From the NCBI GenBank assembly GCA_018398765.1, contig JAHBMJ010000114.1:1-56600 (forward strand): a stretch of 56,600 bases of DNA. The letters are read 5' to 3'. A program made the position numbers and the translations under genes. Numbering within the stretch: position 1 is the first letter of the stretch; each line of letters opens with the position of its first letter. A model generated the notes under the pieces. That model searched no databases. It was not told where the DNA came from and saw only the letters and a program-made list of their open reading frames with translations. Source of the DNA: Chromera velia. Lineage: Eukaryota. Shown piece by piece: positions 13,420-24,245 of this stretch.

Positions 13420-13673
13420 GCCTATCTTCAATAAATTGTTCACCTGGTCTGCTCTTCTCCCTTTTGCCTGACATACGGTGTCCCTCTGTCGGTTTTGTCC
13501 TCTCCCCCCAGCTGAGTGACTTAGTATTTGAATGACTGAGAGACTGAGTGACTGACCAACTGATTGACTGATTGATTGATTGACTGACTGTCTGACTGTC
13601 TGACTATAACTGAATGAATGACTAACTGTTCAACAGTCAATCAACCAACCAACCAACCAACCAATCAATCAAC

Positions 13674-13706
<33 letters not shown>

Positions 13707-13708
13707 GG

Positions 13709-13778
<70 letters not shown>

Positions 13779-14191
13779 CACATATCTGAAAAAAGTGACA
13801 GGAAAGCCCCAGATGTCAAACAGGGTAAACAATGGACAAACCCACCTGGTTCCTGAGGTCCTTCTGGGAGCATTGCTTCGTCGGCTTCCCCCTCTGCATC
13901 TTCTGCATCTCGTTCCCCCTTCTCCTCCTCTTCATCCTTCTCCTTCTTCTTGCAACAGCACGCTTTCACAATGGCGAAAATGATTGCTGCAAGTACAGTA
14001 AACGAACATGCATGGTTGAATATTTCTTTTGTTCGGCCAAACAAGCTCTGATCGACATGCAAAAAGGAACCCGAGAGCACCTGCAAGAATTGAAAGGAAT
14101 CCTACTCACCTCCACCAATGAACAGAATAGCAAGGATAGCGACAACGCAGAGTCCAGCTTTCGGTCCCGAGAAATCGGTGCAGAGATCCAT
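11920..14191 (-). CDS. Small multi-exon single-pass membrane protein with a juxtamembrane Cys cluster and acidic tail
   Basis: Exons 14191-14110 and 13986-13846 splice in phase (GT-AG) to give MDLCTDFSGPKAGLCVVAILAILFIGGAIIFAIVKACCCKKKEKDEEEEK.... The likely last exon 11984-11920 reads AVAWAGDPDDIPEGGEKVREY*. Middle exons are uncertain. Confidence 0.5.
11988..12166. repeat. (CA)n/(GA)n microsatellite
   Basis: Direct reading. Confidence 0.95.
13020..13780. repeat. Compound microsatellites (CT)n, (CTTT)n, (GT)n, (TCAA)n
   Basis: Direct reading. Intronic in the 11920-14191 model. Confidence 0.9.
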
Positions 14192-14799
14192 GTCCTTCCT
14201 TCCGCCCTTCTCGCTTTCCTGATCCGGAGAGGCTCTTAATGGCTCATCATTGCTGTCGACTGTAGACGTTCACTGGCCGCAGTCGGCCAGATGTTGCGTC
14301 GATCACTTGGGCTCTTGGGGTTTCCTGAAAATCTGTTCACTCGAAGGCAGGGTTGCAGATAGTAAACTTCTTAAGTCTGTTCATAGGAGAGAGAGCCCCT
14401 TCGGACTGATTCAATTTATCGGTCCGTTGGTACTCAAGACAGTCAGCCCGGAGGATTGTGCACGTCGGACGTTTGCCAGCACTTAATTGCGGTGGCTGCA
14501 TCATTAGTTGTACTACGATCAGACGCAGAAAATATATACAGATCCGGCCCGATAAAATATGATATAACCATCGATCCTTATATATATCGACGGACAAATC
14601 TTTTTTTTTCATATATATATAAGTACAAATTAAGAAAAAATGAATATGCATGCACACATTGAAGCCATTTGAAGCCTTGTATCGGTATGCATGCATGCAT
14701 GCACGCGCGCTTGTGATGCATCCGGACCCCGCGGCCATGCATCCCGGCCCGGGGCCGGGGGCCGGCCCTATATAGCCTCCGACGGCTATATATAGGCCT

Positions 14800-15355
14800 A
14801 GCCCTCAGGAGAAAGAGAAAGAAAGAGGAGGCGACAGGTCAGCGCCGGCCCCTCATGAAGAACGAAAGAAAGGAGGAGACGACAGGCCAGCGCCGGTCCC
14901 TCAGGAGAAAGAGAAAGAGAGAGGAGGTGACAGGCCAGTGCCGGCCCCTCATGAAGAACGAAGGAAAGGAGCAGACGACAGGCCAGCGAGAGGGTGATCG
15001 GAAGCGTCCGACCCCTTAGAAGAAACGAAAAGGAAGGAAAGGCAGGAAAGGCGATCGGAAGCGTCCGACCCCTTGGAAGAAACGAAAAGGAAGGAAAGGC
15101 AGGATGGGTGATCGGAAGTACCCGGCCCCTTGGAAAACACGAAAAGGAAGGAAAGGCAGGAAGGGTGAGGGAGAGGATGCTGCTCACCTCTGTCTGCTGT
15201 GACAGAACGTAAAGGAGGAAGAGGAATGTTGCTCTCCTCTGTCTGCTAAGACAGAACGGGATGGAGGGAGAGGATGTTGCTCTCCTCTGTCTCTTGCGAC
15301 AGAACTGGAAGGAGGGAGAGACTGCCGCTCTTCTCTGCCTGCTGTGACAGAACGA
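14800..15355. repeat. Tandem repeat arrays (~45-55-bp units) overlapping the 3' end of the HNH ORF
   Basis: Three unit types: gacaggccagcgccggcccctc; gatcggaagcgtccgacccctt...gaaaaggaaggaaaggcagg; and tgctctcctctgtctgct...gacagaac. Confidence 0.8.
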
Positions 15356-16814
15356 TCTGGTCGTGCGAGTCCATCAACGTCCTGGTCCCTCCATTCCCTT
15401 GGATCACGCTTCTCTTCAGTAAGTTTGCAAACTTGGTGGGATGGGAAATGATATACAGGTTTTGGAGGAGCTGTCGGATCTCTGCATTCTTTTTGAGAAA
15501 AGGGAGGAGGTCGCGTAAACTGGATGTATGCCTCAGGTCGTCCGAGTCGACTTTCAGCGGGTGCAGTAAGAAACCGAGTGTCTTCTCTATCCTTCCGCGC
15601 AATTCATCTTCAAGGTCCTTCCCAATGATCTCGAGACGGTTGTCCTGGATCCATATCCTTTTCCCTCCAGCAGTACATCGTGTGATCCGCCAGAATTCCC
15701 AGGGATCAACGTGTGTGTCTTTGTTGTGGATGGATTTCCACGTGTGGGATTGCATGGGGGTTGGAATGTACACAATGTTCGGGTGTCCGTGCGCATTGGA
15801 AAAAATACCTCCATTCAGGGTCAAGAGGTCTGTGAGTGGAAGAAATGCTAAAGGCAGCCCGTTATCTTGGTCCAAAGCATCCAGTAAGTGGTCTACTTCG
15901 AAGTTAACTGTCTCGGCGGCAGTGTAGCTCGGCATTTTGCTCCGCAGCGCGTTTATGACTGCCTCTTTCTCCGTCAGGTCGAGCTTGAACATAGAAGTAT
16001 GCCAGTCTGGCTGCTCATCTTCAGATGCCCGACGCAGCAGACGATATACGCCTCCCCTGTTGGTGAGGTAGGATAACTTCCGCTGTAGCAATGAGTCGCT
16101 TTCTTGCGACACGTACTCACGCAGCATCTCTTCTTTGGTCTGCTGCAGGTGCTCAACCGGAGACGGCGTCACCGTGGCGTCGTCCGTGATAACCGGTAAG
16201 CTGAGCTCTTCTGTCCAGCTTCCGATTGGGCCTTTCGCACTCTTGCGGGGCCGTGTTGGAATGAATTCGATTTTTTTTTCGCGGTCGGCCTGCAGCATGG
16301 CCGATTCGGAAGTTGAGTCAGACCTGGCAGTGCAGCTCTCTGCTCTCTCGTCAGTCTGTTCTTGGAATGCCGATGACACTAGGCTTCTTGGTGTCGTGTC
16401 TCCTGTTTGTTCGGTAAGGGAAGACTGTCCGAGATGAAGTGCCGCCGTCGGATCATCTAGACCTCTGTTTGCAGTGTCGTCGCTAAGAAAGGGCAATTCA
16501 TTCAGGCCCTCAACCACGTCGGCTGCTGCCGTCATGTCTTTTTCGCAAACCTCATGGCCCCTTACTTCTCGACTCAAGATTGAAGCGCCTTCAGTCTGAT
16601 GAACAGGCCGATCCGCTTCAAAAGAACAGACTGCTTGTTCCATCGTATCGTGGTGATGTCTTTCGGATCCCTTCTCTGTTTGTCCTTCAGGTAGCACTTC
16701 AGGCTGCTCCGTTGCCGCCACCGCCAAGGAAGGCCCACATCTTGGAAGACTCGAGTTGTCGTCGGCCGGCATGTCGTGATCGTCTTCCCTGCTGGACGGC
16801 AACAGGTCTGGCAT
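15246..16814 (-). CDS. HNH-like endonuclease domain protein (C-terminal part of a disrupted longer gene)
   Basis: 522-aa ORF with a disordered N-half, then NFEVDHLLDALD...HPNIVYIPTPMQSHTWKS (DH...N...H..K pattern). The same frame continues upstream to ~17290 through two stops. Confidence 0.55.
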   Translation of the reverse strand: MPDLLPSSREDDHDMPADDNSSLPRCGPSLAVAATEQPEVLPEGQTEKGSERHHHDTMEQAVCSFEADRPVHQTEGASILSREVRGHEVCEKDMTAAADVVEGLNELPFLSDDTANRGLDDPTAALHLGQSSLTEQTGDTTPRSLVSSAFQEQTDERAESCTARSDSTSESAMLQADREKKIEFIPTRPRKSAKGPIGSWTEELSLPVITDDATVTPSPVEHLQQTKEEMLREYVSQESDSLLQRKLSYLTNRGGVYRLLRRASEDEQPDWHTSMFKLDLTEKEAVINALRSKMPSYTAAETVNFEVDHLLDALDQDNGLPLAFLPLTDLLTLNGGIFSNAHGHPNIVYIPTPMQSHTWKSIHNKDTHVDPWEFWRITRCTAGGKRIWIQDNRLEIIGKDLEDELRGRIEKTLGFLLHPLKVDSDDLRHTSSLRDLLPFLKKNAEIRQLLQNLYIISHPTKFANLLKRSVIQGNGGTRTLMDSHDQIVLSQQAEKSGSLSLLPVLSQETEESNILSLHPVLS

Positions 16815-17294
16815 CGCTTCGTTCTCCTCTCTTTCTGTGCTGAAAGAAATTCCTCGCGAAACGTCAGCGGCTCGAGACGACGTCTACAGAAAGACATTCG
16901 AGTCGTGATCGGTGTCCGTCTGAATTTCTGCGTCTTTTGTGGATGGTTTTTCGGTTTACGTTCCTGCCTCCCTGGTAAGAGAGACAGTCGGTGGCAGAGT
17001 GAGATTAAAAAGGTCGTTGGTATCCGTTCCTCTATCGGCTGTTGTCGGTCTCCTATCCCCATTTTGAGGCGGCGTCGTCGTCTGGCAGCTTTCTGTTTTC
17101 TTCCCACCATGAACTGCATTACTAAAGGTGACTACCGAAATGGCTTCAGTGTCGTTCTCTGGTGGCACTGCATCTACGTGGAAAAGGCTCCAAGGGTCGC
17201 CTATCGTTCCTGGAGAAAACGACCGTAACTGTCTCGCACGTGGGCTCGGGAGGAGAAATCCTGGGCGCCACAGGAGCTGGAGCTTGTTCTCTAG

Positions 17295-18392
17295 AGGGCC
17301 GCACTGTGGGTATACCTAAGTTTCACTCCTAATTTTTCCTACATCTTTTTACACTATATATTATATCCCAAGTTATAAAGTTAAAACTAGTAGATGAAGC
17401 ACATTCTAGAGTGTTATGTTGGGCTATTCTTAAGCTCTAGTTCAACTTCAGTCTTGAGAAATGTCAGTCCAAAGTCGTGTCGCCAGGTTCTGTTGGGCTT
17501 GTTGCCTGTTGGGCTCTGTTGGGCCTTTCATCAGCTACATGACAGGTCATAGAGCCCAACAAAGTCCCTTCCCTTCCCTACAAGCTTGTCTCACACGCCA
17601 GGTCCACGTATCAAAGCATATGAATACAACAGACACCATTCAAAACATTTAGCGCTGCATATTGGTGCAGTATGAGCCTGAAACTCTTCGTAAAACGTTC
17701 ACAATACACCAAAGAAAATAGAGACAGACCTGCACACACAATGTAGACAAATGTATACTCCTTGTGCTTGACTTTTCCAACTCATTCATCAAGTCATCCC
17801 CCTTCATTGGCAATCATTTCGGAGTGATCAATTTCATTCCACAGACGAATCAAACGTTTTATTTCTTCAGTGCTTACAGTCAGTTTCCGTTTGTCTTACA
17901 AGAATTCATGAACCCAACCAAACATAGAACCAACAGGAATTAAAGATGTCTGGACTGCAAGAGAAGACGGCTTGCAAAGAACAGAGAAAGAAACATATTC
18001 AGATGATTCAAATTCTTCACTGTCAATATCCTTACAAGCTTGTCATCATCATGATTGTGCGTGTTATGCATGTTGGGAGTGTTTGTTGGGCTGTTAGGCT
18101 ATGTTGGGCGTATTGTGTGTTGGACATGTTGGGCGCCCAACAGCTTCCTAGCAAGGTGAAGCCCAACAGTGCAACAAACCCAACAGCCCAACAAAACCTG
18201 GCGACACGAAGTTTTTCATAAAAATGAATATATGTTTCTAGCCCAACATAAAAACTAATGTTACTATCATATTTTCTATAATTTATAGATTTTGGTTTTT
18301 TATGAAACTTCTTGCATAACATTCCTAGGTTTTTGTCTGTTTTTCTTTAAAGTCAGGGGTCATGATCTACCTATATGTAGAGTGCGGCCCCT
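17295..18392. mobile_element. Putative non-autonomous DNA transposon with short TIRs, hosting a nested MITE
   Basis: agggccgcact ... agtgcggcccct with TAG on both sides. AT-rich interior. Appears to split a minus-strand reading frame. Confidence 0.4.
17476..18208. mobile_element. MITE with TIRs and subterminal tgttggg repeats
   Basis: cgtgtcgccaggtt(c)tgttgggc... and ...gcccaacaaaacctggcgacacg, with a 4-bp TSD AAGT (17472-17475 and 18209-18212). Confidence 0.8.
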
Positions 18393-18694
18393 TAGGCTTG
18401 TTCTGACCGCTGCTGTAGCTGCAGAAATTGGGAAAACATTTCTTGCACTCGTTGCAGAAGCTCGTCTTTGAGGTCAGCTATCTGCTTTTGCGTGTTATTT
18501 TGGTTTTCAAGCAGCTCGACCATTCTTTGGTCTTTCTCGCAAAGCTTTCTCTCAAGGTTTTTATGCCTCCGCGGGCACGATCGAAGGTGTTGGTTGAGAT
18601 ACCTGGAGTCTTTACACTGTTTGCTATAGTGTTCGCATACGCTGGACTGGGCCAACGGAGTTGTCACAATCGCCACTGCTGCTGCTGCACTCAT
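18392..18694 (-). CDS. Degenerate zinc-finger-like plus coiled-coil ORF, probably the N-terminus of the HNH gene
   Basis: CEHYSKQCKDSRYLNQHLRSC followed by heptad-rich LERKLCEKDQRMVELLENQNNTQKQIADLKDELLQRV. The stop falls at the insertion boundary. Confidence 0.4.
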   Translation of the reverse strand: MSAAAAVAIVTTPLAQSSVCEHYSKQCKDSRYLNQHLRSCPRRHKNLERKLCEKDQRMVELLENQNNTQKQIADLKDELLQRVQEMFSQFLQLQQRSEQA

Positions 18695-18759
18695 TGTTTT
18701 GTTCCTTTTTTCTCACTCCGTCATGTTTTTAGATCAGAAATGCACGTACAGGGCCTCAG

Positions 18760-19520
18760 CGTGTCGGAAGACCCCTGCTAGATCCCAACCATCCTGTCGT
18801 TCTGACTCAGTCGGCCGCACAGATCTTCCGAAGACCCCCACCAGACCCGCCCCCCGTGCCTCACGGCTTCCGAAGACCCACCTCAGACCCGCCCCTCCTG
18901 CAGATCTTCCAAAGACCCCTGCCAGACCCCTTTGAGACCCACCTCCCCTGCCGTACGGCTTCCGAAGACCCGTTCTAGACCTATCCACCCTGCCATACAG
19001 ATCTTCCAAAGACCCCCACCAGACCCGCCTCCCGTGCCTCACGGTTTCCGAAGACCCACCTCAGACCCACCCCTCCTGCAGATCTTCCAAAGACCCCTGC
19101 CAGACCCCTTTGAGACCTGCCCCCCCTGCCGTACGGCTTCCGAAGACCCGTTCTAGACCCATCTACCCTGCCATACAGATCTTCCAAAAAACCCCACCAG
19201 ACCCGCCCCCCGTGCCTCACGGCTTTCGAAGACCCACCTCAGACCCGTCCCTCCTGCAGATCTTCCAAAGACCCCTGCCAAACCCCTTTGAGACCTGCCC
19301 TCCCTACCGTACAGCTTCCGAAGACCCCTGCCTAACCCGTTCTAGACCCATCCACCCTGCCGCACAGATCTTCCGAAGACCCCTGCCAGACCCCTTCGAG
19401 ACCCGCCCCCCCTGCCGCATAGATTTTCCAAAGACCCTTGCTAGACGCCCCCTCCGGCCTGCCGCACAGATCTTCCGGAGACCCTGGCACCTGCCCAGAC
19501 GCACCGTAGATCTCTACAGG
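18760..19520. repeat. Higher-order tandem repeat (~178-bp period built from ~35-bp cagatcttccgaagacccc subunits)
   Basis: Near-identical blocks start at ~18817, ~18995 and ~19173. Confidence 0.85.
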
Positions 19521-22303
19521 ACACCGCACACTCCCCCCCGCACCGTTCCTTTCCAGCTCTTCTCCGTAGGCCACCCAAGCTTGCCCGTCATGCAGGTTTT
19601 CCATTGACTCCCCAACGTTGCCCACCAGACCTTCCCCCAATACTGCCTGCCATGCAGATCTTGTGGATGCAGTTGCTCGCCAGACCTTTGGTAGGCCCCG
19701 CCAACGTTGTCTACCAGATCTTCCGCAAACCCCTTAGGTTACCCGCTCGTACGTTCGCGTACGTTCATGTTTTCAGACTCCCGGCTTTTCCCATCAAGAT
19801 CAGAGGGGCAGCTGTCTTTTACCACACTGTTCATCAATTGAAAGGCCAAATGCAAGAAAGGAGTCTCTTACGTTTTTGGTTTGCAGGTGTGAAGGTCCTG
19901 GTTGAGGCGCAAGTGGGATGCAGAGCTGGGGACTGGAGTGCAGAGCGGGAGTGAGATGTAAGGAAGCAGCGGATATGTAAAGCGGAAGTGGGGCACGTCG
20001 ACGGGATTTCACTAGGTCTGTCTTCTTCGTAAACTAAGTTTAAAGTAGTCCAGAAAATGGTAAGGTTGTTGCGCATCTATTCTGATCGAAGGTCGTGCAT
20101 GGACAGTTTTAGCGTCTCTGCATGCATGCATCCCGCCCCTCTGCTTGTTTGCAGGTCTGCCGCAGCACAATTAAGGAAAGCCGTGCCAAGGTCCCACAGC
20201 TGCGTGTCACGAACGCCTCTACCGCAACGACTGCGTCAAATCTCCGAGGTATGTCTGATATTCAGTGCTTGCCTTCGTACTATGCACGCTTTCCAGGTAC
20301 GCACCTGGGTATACATTTGGATGCGCACCTGGGTAGCTAGACAGACACTCTTTGATGGGCCCGTTTGGTTTTGCTCTCTTGAGTCGTCGGGTGCCATCCG
20401 CTTCCACTTGTCTTTTTGGATGTGGTGCGAAGCCTTCAGTCTCTTTCACTCGGCATGCTCCATACCGAGACCCTGCAGGCATGCATGCTGACCGATCGAG
20501 ACCTTGCGCTTTCTATCTCCTGATCTTGTTTGCAGGAGTCCAGCAGAAGAGGGATGTGTGGGGTCTCTCTCTTCTGCGCTTTTTCCCCTCTCCAAGCCTT
20601 GGCTCGTTTTTATCCTGCCCCTCTCCAAACGTCTGTATTCGTTCTTTCTGGCCCGTCATGGAGCTGATGCGTTCGATTCTGCCCTTTCGATCCTCCAGGA
20701 ATTCCATGCGATCGGGGTCTTATGGAGGTCCCCTGCGAGATGCTTACAGCCAAAAACATTTCGGAGGTGCCGGGGGGTGTTTGAGAGGAGTCAAGGGGGG
20801 TGTCTACAAGCCATACACAGGGTACGTCGACCAGCAGCCGGGAAACCTTTGCGTCTTCCGTACCCCCATTTCTTTCGGCGCGTGTCGAGACTCGATCTTG
20901 GACTGCATTCCGTCTCTCGTTTACCTGCTTGCAGGTCTCAAGCACCGTCTGGCTGGGCATGATGGCTCAGCTGCACAACACGGTAAGTTGGCGGTTGTCT
21001 CCGCTAGGTTGTGCGCTCTTGCGGTGCGCCGGTTTTCTGATTTGCTGGTTTGAGTCGAGGCTGCAGTCATCTGCAGTTCCCAGTGTGCCCTTCCTCTTGG
21101 CACCTAGAGGTGTACTCCCTCTCGGTAGCAGGTGGGCACTTCTTCTTGGCAGATGTACAGTTCTTCTTGGTACTGTGTACTAGCTTGTGCTCGGCAGTTG
21201 CGCACTTCTTCGTGTGAGGTGCGCACTTCCTCTCGACAGCAGGTGTACACTTCCGCTCGGCAGCTACATACACATTTTTTTTCTGCTCTTGCAGTGCCGG
21301 GCGCAACTGCATGCTGGTGCGGAGGATCGTCTCCACGCGGATTGCAGGAGAAGGGGGGCTTTGGGTCGCTCTGCAGGAGCGACTCGCCTTAGATCGGCGA
21401 GATTTCCCCCCAGGAAGACCTGCACAGGGTACGTCAGCGTGCGTGTACTCTTCCCGTTGTGCCGCTTCTGGGCGCGCGTTCTCCCTACGTTTGTTCGGGC
21501 TCTTTGCATGCAGCTCTAGATCTAGAATCCACATGATTCCATCTTTTCTTCACTTTCAGGTCTCGGGGGATAATTCTCTGTCGGGGCTGATAGCTGTAAG
21601 CTGGACCTCAGATCGGAGCTGCAGAACGCGGTGAGTCAGTGTTCGCTGGCTCCCGCTTCCTCTAGCTGTTGACCTGCGCCATTGGATTGTACGCTGTATG
21701 TGTTTTTCTCTCATTTGTGCAGCACTTCCCCAATGGTATGCGAGGAGGCGAGCCATTCGACAAAGGAGCGCCCCGTGCAGAGTGAGCACTGTCAGAAGAA
21801 AGAAGCAGCTCGCCCACGCATCCTGCGGGAATGCGACCAATCTCGCAACCCATTTGGAACAGAAAGTTCTTGAAGCTATCTGAACTACATGCACCATGGC
21901 CTTCTTAGCAGCTTAAACCTCGAGGCCGGGAGCACCACGAAGGTGTAGCCGAACTGTCAGCGGTCAAGAGCTCCGGGGCTTCCGCCAGTTCTGGTCAGTG
22001 AACGCAGGCTCTATGTATGCATCATCTCACCCCAAAATTTCTTCAGCATACATTAGCGGTAGTCATCTCTCTAGATTGACTGTTTTCGGGTGCATGCGTG
22101 GGTGGGTGGCCGGCACTGCATGGCCGGCAGCCTGGCACTGGCTGGCAGAAGTATGTACATAACTGTGCGGCTGAGGCGCAAGCCTGCATGTACTTTTTTG
22201 GGGGTCACATGCATGCGCGTGCCTGGTCTGGCTGGGAGTGGAACGCTCCATTCCAGAATAGAGTGTGCATGCCATGAATTATCGGAGCAAGCCCCTTTGT
22301 CCG

Positions 22304-23458
22304 CTAAGTGTTCTGTTCCATAAATTCATGAAGTTCTTTCCAAATGCTCCTGTGCATTTCAGGTGAAGCAGCGCCAGCTGCTGCTAAGCTTGGTCGGCGT
22401 CGTCGGACTGTGATCCACTCCGGAGAAAGCGGTCGTGGGGCAGCAAGGCCTTTCCCCTGTTCAGCCGGGGGAGACCTTCTCTTCACTGTTCTTACAGAAG
22501 CTGTCGTCAGCGTTGGTGCCGTGACGTGGGGAGAGCGGTGGCTTGGATCATGCGTGTCAGACCGCATGAAGCGTTTGGGAGAACGTTGGGCCACTGTTGT
22601 TATGCTTTCATCGTCACTGCGTAAAGCGACGCGGGACGTTAAAGCAGGATGTAGCTCAGCCAGCTCTACTTGAAGATGTGGTGGAATAGACATCTGAAAG
22701 AATGTTGTGAGCTCAGAGCTAGGCATCCAGTCAGCTAGTGACTCAGGTTCGTCGCTAGGTTTTTCTAGAGGTCTTCGTCTTGATGGGAAAGATTCTGCCT
22801 CTGCCTGAGGCTCTACCTTAACTGTCGACAAGCTCAGTCATGAGCTTTCCTCTTCTTCCCATTGATCGAAGTCTAGGAGTCGAAGCTGTTCATCAAGCAG
22901 TTAAACATCTTTTCGAACCTTGTGGTGGTATTTGACCAACAGTCGGTCGCCTGTCCCTTGAAAGTTAGCCGCAGGGATCCATTGAGGGTTTTCGTTACCA
23001 AGTAGATAGTCTTTCCACCGGACTTTGTACCTATTGCGCCTTTCGTCAAAATCTAAGATTTCTTCAATCTCCCAGTCCGAGTCCGCTTCAAGATCCATTT
23101 CTGCATTAGCTTCAAACTGCCGTAGGGTAACCCTAGGCTCTAGGTTGACCGATACTCCTTTGGCTCATAAGTATTGGCGAAACAGATCGGCGTCCCCCGA
23201 AGCCGGTGCTTGGAAGTCAAAGCCGGTCATCCACCGGATTTCCTGAACATTCATCATTTTGACTTGATCGATCGCCCGCTTCTGCTCTAGCTCACGGGCT
23301 GCTTGGTTAGTCTCTTTTTCATGTGGCCGGAGACTCATGGAGGATGGGATTCTATGTTCGTCTCGAAACCATGATGATGATTCGGATGGAAGGACTACGG
23401 TAACCTCCAGCTTAGAGTGTAGGACATAATCCGGCGAAAAATGGATATCAGACCACAA
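22304..23458 (-). pseudogene. Decayed long ORF containing a chromodomain
   Basis: ORFs 23165-23458, 22901-23098 and 22304-22831 share one frame separated by stops. WEIEEILDFDERRNRYKVRWKDY...PQWIPAANF is a chromodomain. Degenerate coding-like sequence continues toward ~19850. Confidence 0.7.
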
Positions 23459-23489
23459 AAGATAGTTATCGATTCGGTAGACTTGTTTC

Positions 23490-24245
23490 CAGTGTTAGGG
23501 AAGCAATTATTGCTATTGCAATTATTGCAATTAATTGTAAGCAATTATTGTTTGGCTCGAGCCGGCCGAAAGCAATGATTAGCAATTAATTGATAAATAA
23601 AGTGAAGTAATGCACTTTCAGTTTTAATTTGTTGTTTAGGAGGCGCTGGCCGCGCTGCGCCGCCCCGCGCTGTAGCTGCGCGAGCATGGGCCACATAGTC
23701 TGCTGACTGCTGTGACTGATTTGGTAAAGAATTCTTCTCTCTTTACTAGGGAGGCCAAGGAGAAGTTTGAGAGCTACGTGGCTGATGATCACGGGAAGAA
23801 CAACTACGAGGATCCGCACTTCGAAACGGCCATCGTAAAGCTCTTGAAGGAGCACGCAGGGGCATCCATTCACCTCTCTTGCGAAGTTGGTTTATGCACA
23901 ACCATGTATCTCTCCCCAGGCAGGCATTGTGTATTTATAATTTGCTCACTGATTTAATATGTAAACTGCTTATGTGCAGGATCGAGAAGGCAGCGCTCGT
24001 GCGAGGCAAGTGGGTGGTCGAAGAAGATGAGTGGCCCGTACCACCTTCTGGTCTGACTCACGCGAGAACATCTACTGAAAGCACCATTACAACTTCGCTG
24101 CCAGCGTGTTGAAGAAGGTGAGAAGGGAGCGTGAGGAGGCAGCGGCGACTGACTACAAGTACAAGGACCCCAAGTTCTTACCCGGTACGACCTGTCTCAT
24201 CGAGCGTCTGTTCTCTCAAGCAAAACTCATTCAGTCGGACAAGAG
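23490..24245 (+). mobile_element. Truncated hAT-like DNA transposon remnant
   Basis: Starts with the TIR-like CAGTGTTAGGG and gcaattatt subterminal repeats. It encodes DPHFETAIVKL... and, after a frame change, YKDPKFLPGTTCLIERLFSQAKLIQSDKR (hAT C-terminal dimerisation ERLFS motif). Confidence 0.65.

Noticed and set aside
11745..13983. Many ORFs of HTHT, CVCV, ERER, SLSL or NQSI repeats
   Set aside because: Translations of microsatellites.
14730..14801. GC-rich hairpin followed by CTAG as a Helitron 3' end
   Set aside because: Spacing is atypical and no Rep/helicase remnants are visible.
18760..19520. CRISPR-like periodicity of ~35-bp units (also 2030-2742)
   Set aside because: No unique spacers, degenerate units, no cas genes, eukaryotic context.
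20080..20110. MHDLR on the minus strand resembling tyrosine recombinase box II
   Set aside because: Single short motif followed by a stop, with no box I or catalytic Tyr context identifiable.
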